The position numbers and the translations under genes are program-made. A stretch of DNA of 64,000 bases from Octopus sinensis (lineage: Eukaryota), in the NCBI RefSeq assembly GCF_006345805.1, contig NC_043013.1, positions 35,030,001-35,094,000 of the forward strand. The letters are read 5' to 3'. This document shows, piece by piece, positions 38,900-52,471 of the stretch. The number at the start of each line of letters is the position of its first letter. The stretch's first letter is position 1. The notes under the pieces were generated by a model, which worked only from the letters and a program-made list of their open reading frames with translations, was not told the origin of the DNA and did no database searches.

Positions 38900-39400
38900 T
38901 CAGCTAACTCTTTGATTTTCAAATAAACAATGAGTTTTAGTTCATCTTCATCTTCTGCAGTTACTTCCTTATTTTTTTAGAAAAGAGATTTTCATTGTCA
39001 CTTAGACGAAATTGTTCTACCTCACCTGCTTTTGTTTTTATTGGCTGTGTCTTTTTCCCTTTATATTTTTATTAGTAAATATTTCTTCCTCGTTTTACAA
39101 CAGAGGAGTGGTATTATAAATTGAAATTACTACAAGACAAGATATTTGTTCATCTACTTGAGATACTGTGCCTAAAGATATTTATTTTGCTATTCCTAGA
39201 ATTTTGCCTCATGATGTTTTAGAAACAGGTGCCAATTGTTCATTTTGCTGTTGGTATTTTTTCATTTTGTTTTCATTTCCTTTGTTTTTATTTAAACTTT
39301 CAATTTTTTGAGACATTCAGATCTAAAATGCATTTTATTCTGACAAAGATAGCATCTAAGTAGTCCACTCTCTATCATCAATCTCATAGAGACAAATATA
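38900..39400 (-). pseudogene. Decayed retroelement ORF1/gag fragment with a CCHC zinc knuckle
   Basis: The minus strand reads RLMIESGLLR-CYLCQNKMHFRSEC-LKK (CX2CX4HX4C at 39313-39354), followed by K/E/N-rich sequence with stops. Confidence 0.6.
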
Positions 39401-39470
39401 TAACCAAAACACCAGGACTTACAAGTATACATAACATACAGAAAATAGCACTACTAGGCACCGCACACAT

Positions 39471-39507
<37 letters not shown>

Positions 39508-39509
<2 letters not shown>

Positions 39510-39890
39510 TGGCACTCTGTCGATTATGACAATGAGGGTTCCAGTTGATCTGGTCAAAAGAACAGCCTACTCATGAAATTAACGTGCAAGTGGCTGAGCA
39601 CTCCACAGACACATGTACCTTCAACATAGTTCTCGGGGAGTTTCAGCATGACACAGAGTGTGACAAGGATTGCCCTTTAAAATACAGGTACAACAGAAAC
39701 AGAAAGTAAGAGTGAGAGAAAGTTGTGGTGAAAGAATATAGCAGGGTTTGCCACCACCCCATGCCAGAGCCTCATAGAGTTTTAGGTATTTTTGTTCTAT
39801 AAACACTCATAACACCTGGTCTGGGAATCGAAACCACGATCCTACGATCACGAGTCTGCTACCCTAACCACTGGGCCATTGCGCATCCAC
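39508..39890 (-). mobile_element. SINE family D variant with a different 3' end
   Basis: ccctaaccactgggccattgcgcatcc head, with a tail unlike 26187-26533. Confidence 0.8.
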
Positions 39891-40040
39891 ACTAGGATAA
39901 ATTATTACTAGAATAAATCACAAAAACACTGGAGTTTTATTTGAAATCATGCAAAAACAAAAACGAAAATAGAAAGCCATGGAAAAGCAGAATAGGACAA
40001 AATGTATGAAATGAGACATTACAATAGAGAGGGGAGCCAA

Positions 40041-40250
40041 GGTGGCGAGCTGGCAGAAATGTTAGCATACTGGGCGAAATGCTTAGTGGTATTTCGTCTC
40101 TTTATGTTCTGAGTTCAAATCTCACCGAGGTTGACTTTGCTTTTCATACTTTCAAGGTCGATAAATTATGTACCAGTTGTATACAGTGGTTGATCTAATC
40201 CACTGGCCCCACTCCCCAAAAATATCGGGCCTTGTGCCTAGAGTAGAAAG
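40041..40250 (+). mobile_element. SINE family A
   Basis: ggtggcgagctggcagaaatgttagc...cttgtgcctagagtagaaagg. Confidence 0.88.
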
Positions 40251-41121
40251 GAATAGAGAGGGCAACTACTTGGAGGGAATCAAGGAACACCACTGGTCTG
40301 GAATAATCCTTACTATCAAAAACAATTGCCTTCTCCCATTTGTGTTTCCCCTATCTTCAGGCACATACCATGTTTATGCATAATCGGCCAGTCCATCCAT
40401 ACCCCACCTACCTTCCTTCAAATTAACCTTTTTCTTCAAGTAAAATATGAAAAAAGCTGATGAGGTGTTGGTCAGAGAAGGCATGCTTTCTGTCTTCTAA
40501 TGTTGTCTGTTAAACTATAATGTCTATTACTATAGCCACCAGATGGTTAAAAAAAACAAACTGCTGTCTACTCTTTGCAGTTAAAGAAATGAGGTGTGAA
40601 TGTGGGGTTGGGATGGTGGTGGTGGTGGTGGGGGGTCAGTGAACCTTGGTTGATAGAGGGATCTGTTCTACATGCATCACCAGCTGTTTAACATAACTCT
40701 ACAGTTTGAAAGAAAAAATTTTAAAAATTAAAAAAAAAACGAAAAGAAAAAAAAATAATAATAATGAGTTTGCAAGATGTCCTGTTCTAGAAAATACTGC
40801 AAGAGGTGGGGGTAACAGTGCAAGTGAATAGTGACACTAGAAACTGATTAAAGTACAGCTTAATCAACCTCATCTTACATAGGGATATGACCATACATAC
40901 TCAAGAGACCATATCAGATAATGATAAAATAATAATCCTCACGAATATGTATATATATTTAGAGGGTTTGGCAAAATAATGAAAGCACCAGATTTGTTTA
41001 GCTTAGCGAAGTTTAAGGTTTGGTTGACCTAAAATGTAAAGTTATTAATTAATAAAACTTATTTACAGATTTTTTAAACGCAATATTTTTTACTCCTGTC
41101 TGTCATAAAACTGCAACCATG

Positions 41122-41408
41122 CTAGGAGTGGCTGTATGGTAAGTAGCTTGTTTACCAACCACATGGTTCCTGGTTCAGTTCCACTGCGTGGCACCTTGGG
41201 CAAGTGTCTTCTACTATAGCCTCGGGTCGACCGAAGCCTTGCGAGTGGATTTGGTAGACAGAAACTGAAAGGAGCCCATCATATATATGTGTGTTTATGT
41301 GTATGTGTTTGTGTGTGTATATGTTTGTGTGTCTGTGTTTGTCCCCCCAACATCGCTTACATCACCGTAACTTAGCAGTTCGGCAAAAGAGACCGATAGA
41401 ATAAGTTC
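41122..41408 (+). mobile_element. SINE family B, 3'-truncated
   Basis: ggagtggctgtatggtaagtagc...gaccgatagaataag. Confidence 0.88.
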
Positions 41409-41420
41409 TGTGACCCAAAT

Positions 41421-41630
41421 TTGCTTACAAGGTATTTGTGGCACAGGGTTAAAGTAGAAGCCTATGCAAGGATGCAGAAATGGTATGGAGAGGAGTGTAT
41501 GAGCTACACAGATGTGTACGAGTGGTTCAGACGTTTCCAAGGTGGCCAAAAAAATGTTTATATTGACAAATTTTCTGGGAGACCCACAGCCTGCAGAAGT
41601 GAGCAAAACATCATAGATGTGCATATAAAT
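41421..41630 (+). pseudogene. Mariner transposase N-terminal (HTH) relic
   Basis: YGEECMSYTDVYEWFRRFQGG..DKFSGRP matches the mariner N-terminal EWFxRF..G..D..RSGRP motif. Confidence 0.85.
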
Positions 41631-41864
41631 ATTAGGTTGCAAAGCTCTTTTGGAATGAAAAAGTCGAAGATTGAGAGTTGAACCCACTTCTCCTGGAGAC
41701 ATTTTCAGAAACATTGTTCTTACCATCGAGAATTGTATGATGTACCATTAGAATTTATAAACTTTCCAGAGAACATGGAATAAATCCTTTTTGGAATTAG
41801 ATCTTGAAGTAAGTCTTAGTTTGGAAAACCCTTTTGAATAGAGAAAGTCAAAGCGTTGGGCCTC

Positions 41865-42135
41865 ATGGAGGTAAAGTGGCTGAGCTCCTTTGAGTGTTGG
41901 GCCTCACGGAGGCAATGACCGAAACCTTTGGCATTATGTCATGCTTGAGAAGAAGACCCATCAAGCAAAGCAAAATCACAGTCATAGCAGATACTGGTGT
42001 AACGCAAATGGCATCCATGCTGGTGGCAAATAAAAGCACCTATTACATTCTTGAAATAGTTAGTGTTAGGAAGGGCATCCAGCAGTAGAAACCATGCCAA
42101 ATCAGACTGGAGTCTGATGCAGCCTTCCAGCCATC
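41865..42135 (+). mobile_element. Family C retroposon, long 5' form
   Basis: gtgttgggcctcacggaggc...gttaggaagggcatccagcagtagaaacc. Confidence 0.8.
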
Positions 42136-42140
42136 TTATT

Positions 42141-42490
42141 TCATTATTGCCCACAAGGGGTTAAATATAGAGGGGACAAACAAGGACAGACAAGGAGATT
42201 AAGTTGATTACATCGACACCAGTGTGTAACTGGTACTTGATTTATTGAAGGCGGCAAGCTGGTCGAAACGTTAGCATGCCAGACGAAATGCATAGCCGTA
42301 TTTCATCTGTCGTTACGTTCTGAGTTCAAATTCCGCTGACGTCGACTTTGCCTTTCATCCTTTCGGGGTCGATAAATTAAGTACCAGTTACGCACTGGGG
42401 TCGATGTAATCGACTTAATCTCCTTGTCTGTCCTCTCTGTGTTTAGCCCCTTGTGGGTAGTAAAGAAATAGGTACTTAATTTATCGAAAT
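42141..42490. mobile_element. SINE A (+, 42250-42471) nested inside a SINE A (-)
   Basis: Diverged 17-bp TSD gtacttgatttattgaa / gtacttaatttatcgaa. Confidence 0.85.
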
Positions 42491-42817
42491 TACAGGCCTT
42501 GTGCCAGAAGTTTGAAACTACTGTTACTGGGGTTTGAACTTAGTATGTAGAGCGGTAAAAACTAAACGAGTAAAAATAATTTCGTCCACTGCTTCACTGA
42601 TTCTGTTTGTTTGCTTTGTTTCTGCAACATTGCAATAATGAGAGTAATAATGTGACATCAAATGCCAACTTTACCACTAATGCCAACACCATCACTACCA
42701 CCACCACCACCGCCACCACCACCGTCGCCACCACCGCCACCACATCCATCCCATACAACAACCGAAAATAATACAACCATGGAATTTCATATATATGCAT
42801 ATATATATATATGCATG

Positions 42818-42853
<36 letters not shown>

Positions 42854-42864
42854 TGTATGTATAT

Positions 42865-42907
<43 letters not shown>

Positions 42908-43809
42908 TACATGCATATGTATATATACGTGCTTATATCTATATATATATATATATATATATGCATATATATATATATATATATATATGAATATATATGC
43001 CTATATATATATATATAATATATATATATATAATATATAATATATATATATATATATATATACATATATACATACATATGTATGTATATATATCTGTATA
43101 TACACACACATATATATGTGTGTATATATATATAATATATATATATATATATGTACATCTATGTGTATATATATATATATATATATGCATATATGTAAAT
43201 TTTTGGATAGGTCAGTGTTAATATCAGGGTTAAAAGTCCAAATACTTTCCAAACGTCATTAAGTTGTTTCCGACCATTTAAACTGCTCTTATGTAATTTT
43301 GACAATTTCAATTCAGAATTTTTCTTATTTTTACACTAATAATACAAATAACCGACCAAATAAAAAAAAAAAAAACAAGTCAAAACGAAAAACAAAAAAA
43401 AAAAGATAAACAAACAAATTAGTAAAGCAAACACAGCAAAATATATATAAAGAAAAAAGAAACGAATAAAAACAATACAGAAAGAATAGAAGAACAATAC
43501 AAATAAAAATGAAATAATACTGTTCATTAGATATTAATTCCCAACAGAATCAGGATTGAAAGAATGGGAGAGAGATAATTTGGAAGTTTAGGTCATTATT
43601 TTGGTGCTCTGTTTGAACTTATTAATTCTATTAAATACTGGTAGGAAGCAAGCAGAAAGTCGTATTCGATGAAGCATGAATAACATAACAAAATAGTTGA
43701 ACAAAATAAATAAACAAATAAATGAATAAATAACAATCTCGTTTGACCGACCTCCCGCAGTAATAAATAAGCTTAACTCTCTAAGTGTTGTGCTTGGGTT
43801 TGTAGAACC

Positions 43810-43852
<43 letters not shown>

Positions 43853-43982
43853 TGTATATATGCGGACACGTTTTCACACACATTTATGTATTTATGTATA
43901 CATATTTATGTAGAGTGTTATATACATACGTACTTGCTTACATACGTACATACATAGATACATAAATACGTATATATGTATC

Positions 43983-44032
<50 letters not shown>

Positions 44033-44086
44033 TATATATATACATATATATATATGTGTTATATATATAACATATATATATGTATA

Positions 44087-44119
<33 letters not shown>

Positions 44120-44219
44120 GTATGTATGTATGTATATATACATATGCACGCATATATACATATATATATATATATGCATATATATATATATCTATATATA
44201 TATGTATATGTATATATAT

Positions 44220-44262
<43 letters not shown>

Positions 44263-44273
44263 TGTATGTATAT

Positions 44274-44306
<33 letters not shown>

Positions 44307-45197
44307 TATATATAATATATATATATATATATATATGTATGTATATATATGTATATGTATATATATATATATGTATATGTAGTATGTATGTATGTATATA
44401 TGAACACCCATTACACCTCTTATACATATCTGAATATATGTGTATACCCACACATAAATATTGTCATAGACACAACTAACGTCATATATCCATATATAAA
44501 TAGTTAATATATACTACACACACACACACACACTCACACTCACACTCACACTCACACTCACACACACGTATGCTATGTTTAGTGATAATAGATATTTAGT
44601 TTTAAGTTTTGAAAACAAACAAACAATAACAATGCTAATTTGAACCCCCACCAACTATGAAAACTAAAATAATCTAATCTATCGATTTTCAAATCTTGTT
44701 GTTATTAACAGTCGTTTTTTTTCTTTCCTTTATTTTGCTAGAGTGACTTTTTGTTTTTAAGTTTTAGCTGTTTAGTTAATGTTCTATATCAATTATAGGG
44801 TGTTTTGTTTTTGTTTTTTTTTTAGTTTTCTTTGTGTTTTGTTTTCTTTCTCTGGGTTTTATACGTTCAAAGTCGTGATGTTGATGTGTTGCACAAGTTT
44901 GGTTGTGATCGAACAGCTCTGTGGCACGGGAGGTAGTTTGTTAAACGTTGAGGGGGCTCTTACAACAAACTTAGTGCTCTGTACTGACAAGGATTTTGTA
45001 TTATTGACAACCCCTGTGCATCACACACTGCTATTCTGCACTTTTGTTGTGCAGGTGGGACATTCTTTGTCCAGTCAGTATGTTTTTCAGATTATTTAAC
45101 AGCAGGCCATATAATCAAAGGTGTTCAAAGTTTCATCATCTCATCTTTGTCTAAAACAACAGTCCAACCGGGGTCCATATCGCCCTTGAGAGTCTAT

Positions 45198-45409
45198 ATA
45201 ACTCTTTTACTCTTTTACTTGTTGCAGTCATTTGACTGCGGCCATGCTGGAGCACCACCTTGAGTCGAGGAAATCGACCCCAGGACTTATTCTTGTAAGC
45301 CCAGCACTTATTCTATCGGACTCTCAAGCCGAACCGCTAAGTTACGGGAGATGTCAACACACCAGCATCAGTTGTCAAGCGACACACAAACACACAAACA
45401 CACAAACAA

Positions 45410-45465
<56 letters not shown>

Positions 45466-45958
45466 TACAACGGGCTTCTTTCAGTTTCTGTCTACCAAAT
45501 CCATTCACAAGGCTTTGGTCAGCCTAAGGCTATAGTAGAAGACAAGGTAGCGAGCTGGCAGAAATGTTAGGATACCGGGCAAAATGCTTAGAGGTATTTC
45601 ATCTGCCGTTAAGTTCTGAGTTCAAATTCCGCCGAGGTCGACGTTTCTTTTCACTCTTTCAGGGTTGATTAAATAAGTACCAGTTACGCACTGGCATCGA
45701 TATAATCGACTTAATCCATTTGTCTGTCCTTGTTTGTCCTCTCTGTGTTTAGCCTCTTGTGGGTAGTAAAGAAATAGGTATTTCATCTGCCATTAAGTTC
45801 TGAGTTCAAATTCCGCCAAAGTCGACGTTGCCTTTCATCCTTTCGGGATCAATAAATTAAGTACCAGTTATGCACTGGGGTCAATGTAATCGACTTAATC
45901 CCTTTTTTCTTGTTTGTCCCCTCTGTGTTTAGCCCCTTGTGGGCAATAAAGAAATAAG
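45198..45958. mobile_element. Nested cluster: SINE B (-, 45198-45545) followed by a SINE A dimer (+, 45546-45958)
   Basis: The B sequence stops at gaagaca and resumes only as gacactt after two A units. Confidence 0.85.
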
Positions 45959-45967
45959 AAGACACTT

Positions 45968-46130
45968 CGCCTTTCCCTTAGATAACATTGGTGGTATAGA
46001 CAGGAGAGGCTGGTATGCATTGGCCATTGCTGGTCTTCCTTAAACAACCTTTCTCAGACTCGTGCCTTGGAAGGGAACTTTCTAGGTGTAATCCCATGAT
46101 TGTTCATGACCAAAGGGGTTCTTTACCCTT
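45968..46130 (+). mobile_element. SINE family E, 3' part
   Basis: gcctttcccttagataac...ctttctaggtgtaatcccatg. Confidence 0.8.
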
Positions 46131-46419
46131 TTTAAGCATCACTATGTGATGCTTAACCTGCTTTCTTAGTGATGCTTTGTAAGCCATTAATGCTGAGAAG
46201 CTAAGCTGAATTTACAATCTCCTATAATGGTAAGTCCATCATTTATTAACCATGCTATTTTCCTTAATCTCTTAATCTCTCCAGTTTTTAAATGTATGAG
46301 CCTTGAGCTCATACAGCTTATCTGACCAATGACTTGAGATAAGGATGAGTGGTGAGATACTGTGTTGTAGACACAATCAACCCTCGTGAATTAAAAATAA
46401 TTATGATATCAAAGACAAT

Positions 46420-46674
46420 GATGATGGTAAATAATGACAAGGATGATGATGATTATGATGATGGTGATGATGGTGATGATGATGATGATGATAGCAATGG
46501 TCATGGCAATAATATTAAAGGAGACTGGTGGCAATAAAGGTTGTCACGATAATGATGCAGAGGAATATAATAAAGATGATAAAGGCGATGAAGCAAATGG
46601 TGGTGGTGATGAACATGAAGATGTGAATAATGACTATGAAATGAAGATTATGATGAAGAAAATGATGATGCTGC

Positions 46675-46707
<33 letters not shown>

Positions 46708-47066
46708 CGACGATGATGATGATGATGGTGATGACGATGATGGTGGTGGTGAGGAAAATGAAGATGTGAATAATGACTATGAGGATGATGATGGTGATAA
46801 TGACAATGAAATGAAGATGAGGAAGATGATGATGATGATGATGACGATGATGATGATGATGATGATGATGATAATGACGACGACGATGATGATGATGATG
46901 ATGATGATGGTGGTGGTAATGATGATGATGATGGTAATGATGATGGTGATGATGATGATGATGATGATGACGATGATGATGACGATGACGACGACAATGA
47001 TGATGATGATGAGCATGATGATGATGATGATGATGGTGGTGGTGATGATGATGGTAATGATGATGG

Positions 47067-47098
<32 letters not shown>

Positions 47099-47460
47099 GT
47101 GGTGGTGGGGGTGGTGGAGTTGATGATGATGATGATGTGAATAATGACTATGAGGATGATGGTGATGATGGCGATGAAATGAAGATTATGAAGAAGAAGA
47201 AGAAGAAGGTGGTGGTGGTAGTGGTGGTGATGATGATGATGATGGTGATGATGATGGTGATGGTGATGATGATGAGGATGATGATGATGATGAGGAGGAG
47301 GAGGAGGAGGAGAAGGATGACAACGATTACAATAAAGACATTGACAGCAAAATGACAGCAGCATTGATGAATATGATGACAGCCATGGTGATGACGATGA
47401 TATTGTTGAGCTGGGAAAGGCGGATATTGAAGGTAACAATGATATTGAAACCAATGTTTA
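46420..47460. repeat. (GAT/GGT/GAC)n compound trinucleotide array
   Basis: Directly visible. It is the source of the poly-M/D/H/S/I ORFs. Confidence 0.9.
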
Positions 47461-48114
47461 TATGATGATGGAATGGAAAATATTGAATGAATTCGGTTTC
47501 AATATATAAAAATAAAAACAGAAAAAAGGGCCAGGTAAATAAATATATATACATATATATATATAGAAAAAGAGGCAAAAAAATATATAATGTAAAACAT
47601 TTGACTGTTTTGTTTTTTTAATTCTATCACATTATGACTGAATAACAAAGACCTCTTTAAAATTGGACACGTTACTGAACAGACCTGATATAAGCAACAT
47701 TTTCATAAGTCGATATGGTCTGAGCCTTATTATAATGGTTGAAATCTATTTGATTATCTGCAGCTATTTTTTTGAAATCCTAATGACTTCCTGTTAGTGA
47801 GAAAGATAAAAATTAATTATGTTGATAATGATTCCTAAATGACTTTAAAGCAAAAATATTCAATGAAACATAGATACCGCTTTGCCAAATTTGGCAAAAT
47901 CTCATTTTGGTTGGAATGATATGAAATATAATATGATGACTTTATCGTTGTTGATGTTGTTGTTCCTGTTGTTGATGCTGCGTAGCCCCAGGCCAGCTCT
48001 GATTGTAAACATCTATGATGAAATACATTCGAAGTATGTCTTTCAGGCATTATGTATCTTGGTCTACTTTATATAATATGCCTTATATTTTTAAGATAGT
48101 AAAGTGCAGATTAA

Positions 48115-48327
48115 CCCATTAATGTTTAAATTACTCAGTGAAATATAATTCTTATTTATTCACATTGATATGAATTAGACGTACCTTACCATGTAGTTTT
48201 GAGATTTCAATGATGAGATTGTTTATTTTTGGAATGACATTGTTAGGGAAGTGTGACAGACCGAATCTGGCTGGTTTGAAGATATGAATTATTTTGGCTG
48301 GATATGGCTGGTTGAAACGCTGAAGGA
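48115..48327. mobile_element. Old TTAA-flanked (piggyBac-like) MITE
   Basis: TTAA at 48111-48114 and 48328-48331. Degenerate TIRs cccattaatgttt versus reverse complement tccttcagcgttt. Confidence 0.55.
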
Positions 48328-48454
48328 TTAAACCAAAGCACAAGAAATTCATATATCTCTCTGTGACAAAGTGAAAACATAGCTAATTAGGGGTGGGGAG
48401 AAATGAAAAATTCTCTAAGTGACTTGGTATGCTATCAGTAAGATAAAATTATGT

Positions 48455-49005
48455 CATCATCATCATCATCATCATCGTTTAACGTCCGCTTTCCATGCTA
48501 GCATGGGTTGGATGGTTCAACTGGGGTCTGGAAAGCCCGGAGGCTGCACCAGGCCAGTCAGATCTGGCAGTGTTTCTACAGCTGGATGCCCTTCCTAACG
48601 CCATCTATCACCTATAATACAAAATTTGCAAGAGAACATCAGCATCATCATTTAACATCTGCTTTCCATGTTGGCATGGGTTAGACAGTTTGACTGAAAA
48701 CTGGTAAGCTGGGGAGCTGTACCAGTTTCTAGTCTGATTTGGCAAGGTTTCTACGGCTGGATGTCCTTCCTAATGCCAACCACTCCGAGAGTGTAGTGGG
48801 TGATTTTTACGTATCACCGGCACATGTGAGGAGAATATCATCAAGGTAATAAGTAGAAGAAATTGAGAGCTTGTTAACATAGTACATCACTGAGAAAATT
48901 GGCAGCTTCTTGATATTGTCGTACCATAGTAACTTGCCAGCCCAGTCAAACCGTCTAACCCATACCAGCATGGACAACAGACGTTAAACGATGATGATGA
49001 TGATA
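48455..49005. mobile_element. Cluster of three family C fragments (two minus, one plus 3' end)
   Basis: tttaacgtccgctttccatgc at 48478, tttaacatctgctttccatg at 48651, and acagacgttaaacgatgatg near 48980. Confidence 0.85.
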
Positions 49006-49761
49006 TTCTCTTTACTGATTTTATATCATAATTAATTGATAACTTTAACACAAAGGCTTTTAACTTATCAATACCATTGAATATTTCAAGAAATTGTTTA
49101 ATAATTAAATCATTTTTACTGTTGAGGGAGTACTAACAAAGATTATTTTAATCAAGCTAAATGAAGAATCTATCTCATGACCCAGTAAACAGTCACCAGG
49201 CATAATAATAAATATCCTACAAATACGATGATATGAACCAATTTCAAACATGGCCTAAATGACCTCTAAGTTAAGCCAGAGGCACATGTGAGACTAAGGT
49301 AAATATCCTGGTTTTACATGGCTGGATAATTGTTTCAGAGTTTAATCCCTTGATTTTATTTGGACATCATTTCAACAATTAAATGATGCACTCATTCAGA
49401 ATCAATAATGAACAATACAACTTATTCATTAAATTTAGTTTATCACCGACCTAAGCCTGAAATGTAATAAATTCATTGACGTTGAGTGTGCTTTTCCATG
49501 TAACTTATTGGAATTTCTCTTCACACTGGTGTGGGCAGAAGAATGACTGAAGTTGTGAAGCAGTGGCTACATCGATTAACTCTTTTGCAGTGTCCAATTT
49601 TTTTTTTTTTTGCACGTTACTGGTTATATCTTTCATTTTTGTCAAACACCCACAATCAGGAGAGATACAAGAATCTCGTTGTTTTTATAATAATTAGTTC
49701 AAGATAGTATAATCAAATTGATATTATCACAATCATAATTAATGGACATGATCTTTTGCAG

Positions 49762-49821
49762 GAATCTTACCAGATGTTCAATGAAATCTTGTATCTATAC
49801 CAATGCTCACAAACATTTCAG
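49762..49821 (+). CDS. Candidate exon (ESYQMFNEILYLYQCSQTFQ)
   Basis: gatcttttgcag| acceptor, CAG|gtatga donor, 60 nt open in phase 0-0. Confidence 0.3.
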
Positions 49822-50226
49822 GTATGATGTTGGGTGACTGCATCAGTAACAGCTGTGCAGTGTGGCATGGCTTCTCAATGAATTAATCCTGTGTTGCATT
49901 ACCTGCATCATATTGACTGAAATCATGTTTTTCCTTTTGTTTTTTAGCCAGGTGAAGACTCTTCATATTAGAAAGAAATAAACTGAGAGCCTGAACAGCC
50001 CTTCGGCTGGTCAGCTACCGTCAAACACTCCAAACCATACCTGTATGGAAAATGGACACTGAATGGTGATGATAATGGTGATGATAATGATGATGATGTC
50101 CTCATTAGTTAAATATTTTTATGAGCTAAATTAGGACATTATTAAGTCTTCTACACTGGCTGTAGCTAATTGGTCATTATCTGCTTTATGATAAATTTCA
50201 CTTAGATCTTCCATACTAATACATAT

Positions 50227-50478
50227 GTGGAGACACAATGGCCCAGTGGTTAGGGCAGTGGACTTGCAGTCAGAGGATCACAATTTCAATTCTCAGACTG
50301 AGCGTTGTGTCTGTTTATTGAGTGAAAACACCTAAAGCTCCATGAGGCTCCAGCAGAGGGTGGGCAGCCCCTATTGTACTCTTTCACCCTAACTTTCTCT
50401 CACTCTCTTTTCCTGTTTCTTGAGTAATGCTGCAATGGACTGGCATTCCATCCAGCTGGGGGAAACACATACACCACA
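50227..50478 (+). mobile_element. SINE family D
   Basis: ggagacacaatggcccagtggttagggcag...gaaaccaggaaactggg. Confidence 0.85.
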
Positions 50479-50598
50479 GAAACCAGGAAACTGGGCATAT
50501 AGTAGAATCAGTCTTTTACTTTTATTATCACAACAGTTTTAATATACATTAAACCCTTCGTATTTTGAAGCAGCTGGTGTCCAGCACTAATCTTCCAA

Positions 50599-51002
50599 GT
50601 ATTCTTTTATTCTTTTATTCTTTCATTGGTTTCAGGTAATTGACAGCAGCCATGCTGGAGCACTGCCTTTTGGTCGAACTAATCAACCCCAGGACTTATT
50701 CATTGTAAGCTTAGTGCTTATTCTATTGGCCTCTTTTGCCAAAGTGCTAAATTATGGGGATGTAAACACACCAGCATCGGTTGTCAAGTGACAGTGAGGG
50801 GGACAAACACAGACACACAAACATATATATATACATATATATACATATATATATATATATATGATAAGCTTGTTTCAGCTTTTGTCTACCAAATCCACTC
50901 ATAAGGCTTTGGTCAGCCTGAGGCCATAGTAGAAGACACTTGCGTAAGGTGCCACACATATGGTTGGGAAGCAAGCTTCTTACTGCACAGCCACTCCTGT
51001 GC
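50599..51002 (-). mobile_element. SINE family B
   Basis: (tattcttt)n tail through acagccactcctgtgcc. Confidence 0.88.
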
Positions 51003-51564
51003 CTATACTTTTTTTTTCACTTGCTTTAGACATTGGACTGCAGCCATGCTACAACCCTGCTTTGAAGGGTTCAATTAAACAAATTGACCCCAGTAGTTTT
51101 TATTTCCTTTTCTGTCTGGAACTTTTTCTATTGATCTATTTTGCCAAGGCGCTTACAGGGATGTAAACAAACCAACACCAGTTGGTAAGCATTGGTGAAA
51201 AGGGAGTGTGAAAAAACACAAAGGCATACACACATATATGTACAACACACATTTACACACATGATCTCTAACACACACATGTACATCTGCATGCACACAC
51301 ACACAGACACACAGACACACATACACACACATACACACATATAAACACACACATACACACATATACACACACACATACGCACATATAGAATGGGCTTTCG
51401 CACAGGTACTGTCCACCAAAATCACTCACAAAGCATGGGTTAGCTCAGGGTTATAGAAAAAGACACTTAGCCAATGTGCAGCACAGTGAGATGGAACCTG
51501 AAGCCCCATGGTTAGAGAGCAAGCTTCTTAACCACACGGCCATATATGTGTCTAATTATATGCC

Positions 51565-51589
51565 ATGTGTATGATGTTGAGTGCTGAAG
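51565..51589 (+). CDS. Candidate gene model, exon 1 (MCMMLSAE)
   Basis: ATGs after an in-frame TAA, strong donor GAAG|gtaagg, ends in phase 1. Confidence 0.3.
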
Positions 51590-52055
51590 GTAAGGAAATA
51601 ATTGTCCATCATCATTATAATACAGCTAATAATATACTTATTTAAAGTCCAATAATGTTGTCCAACTTTAAAGTATTTATCCAAAACAAAGCTGTAATTG
51701 CCAAAAGTCAATTACCTTTGGAAGCCTTTATAAGTTGAATAGCAAAGATTTTATTTTATTTTTTTTATCGAACTGGTATCCATGCTAAATTGCACTGACC
51801 ACTTAACCACTGGGCTGAGTTCCATGATGTAACATGCATATAAATTGTGTAGAGCAGATATTACTTTCATGCGAATGTTGTACGACAGATAGATGTTCAG
51901 AAAGATAGATAGATAGATGGATGGATGGATGGATGGATGGATGGATGGATGGATGGATGGACGGACGGATGGACGGACGGACGGACGGATAGACAGATAG
52001 ATAGATAGATAGATAGATGCAGGAAGGGAAAGAAAGGGAAAGACAAAACGATAGG

Positions 52056-52130
<75 letters not shown>

Positions 52131-52172
52131 ATAGAGAGATAGATAGATAGATAGATAGATAGATAAATAGAG

Positions 52173-52215
<43 letters not shown>

Positions 52216-52346
52216 TAAATAGATAGATAGATAAACAGACAGATAGATAGACAGACTGAAAGCAAGTGAGTGATCAAGAAAGAAAGAAAGAGTAAAAATA
52301 ACAGGAGGAGATGTTTTATTTCTGTTTCTATTTCTCTGTACACAAG

Positions 52347-52471
52347 ACCTGAAGGATGTAAAAACTGTAAGGTGTTTTAAGGCAGATATACGAGGAGAAC
52401 AAGTCGATAATGTGTTCAAAGGAATGGAGAAAGAAAACTGTAGTAAACAAGGATCTGACACTTGTCTTAAA
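52347..52471 (+). CDS. Candidate gene model, exon 2 (DLKDVKTVRCFKADIRGEQVDNVFKGMEKENCSKQGSDTCLK)
   Basis: Long polypyrimidine acceptor, AAA|gtgggt donor, 125 nt open, phase 1 to 0. Confidence 0.45.

Noticed and set aside
42620-42780. Mucin-like Thr/Asn-rich frame
   Set aside because: Driven by (ACC)n and (AAT)n simplicity, with no splice sites or start.
47882-48076. Signal-peptide-like ORF MKYNMMTLSLLMLLFLLLML
   Set aside because: The hydrophobic run comes from a (GTT)n tract adjoining a dispersed repeat.
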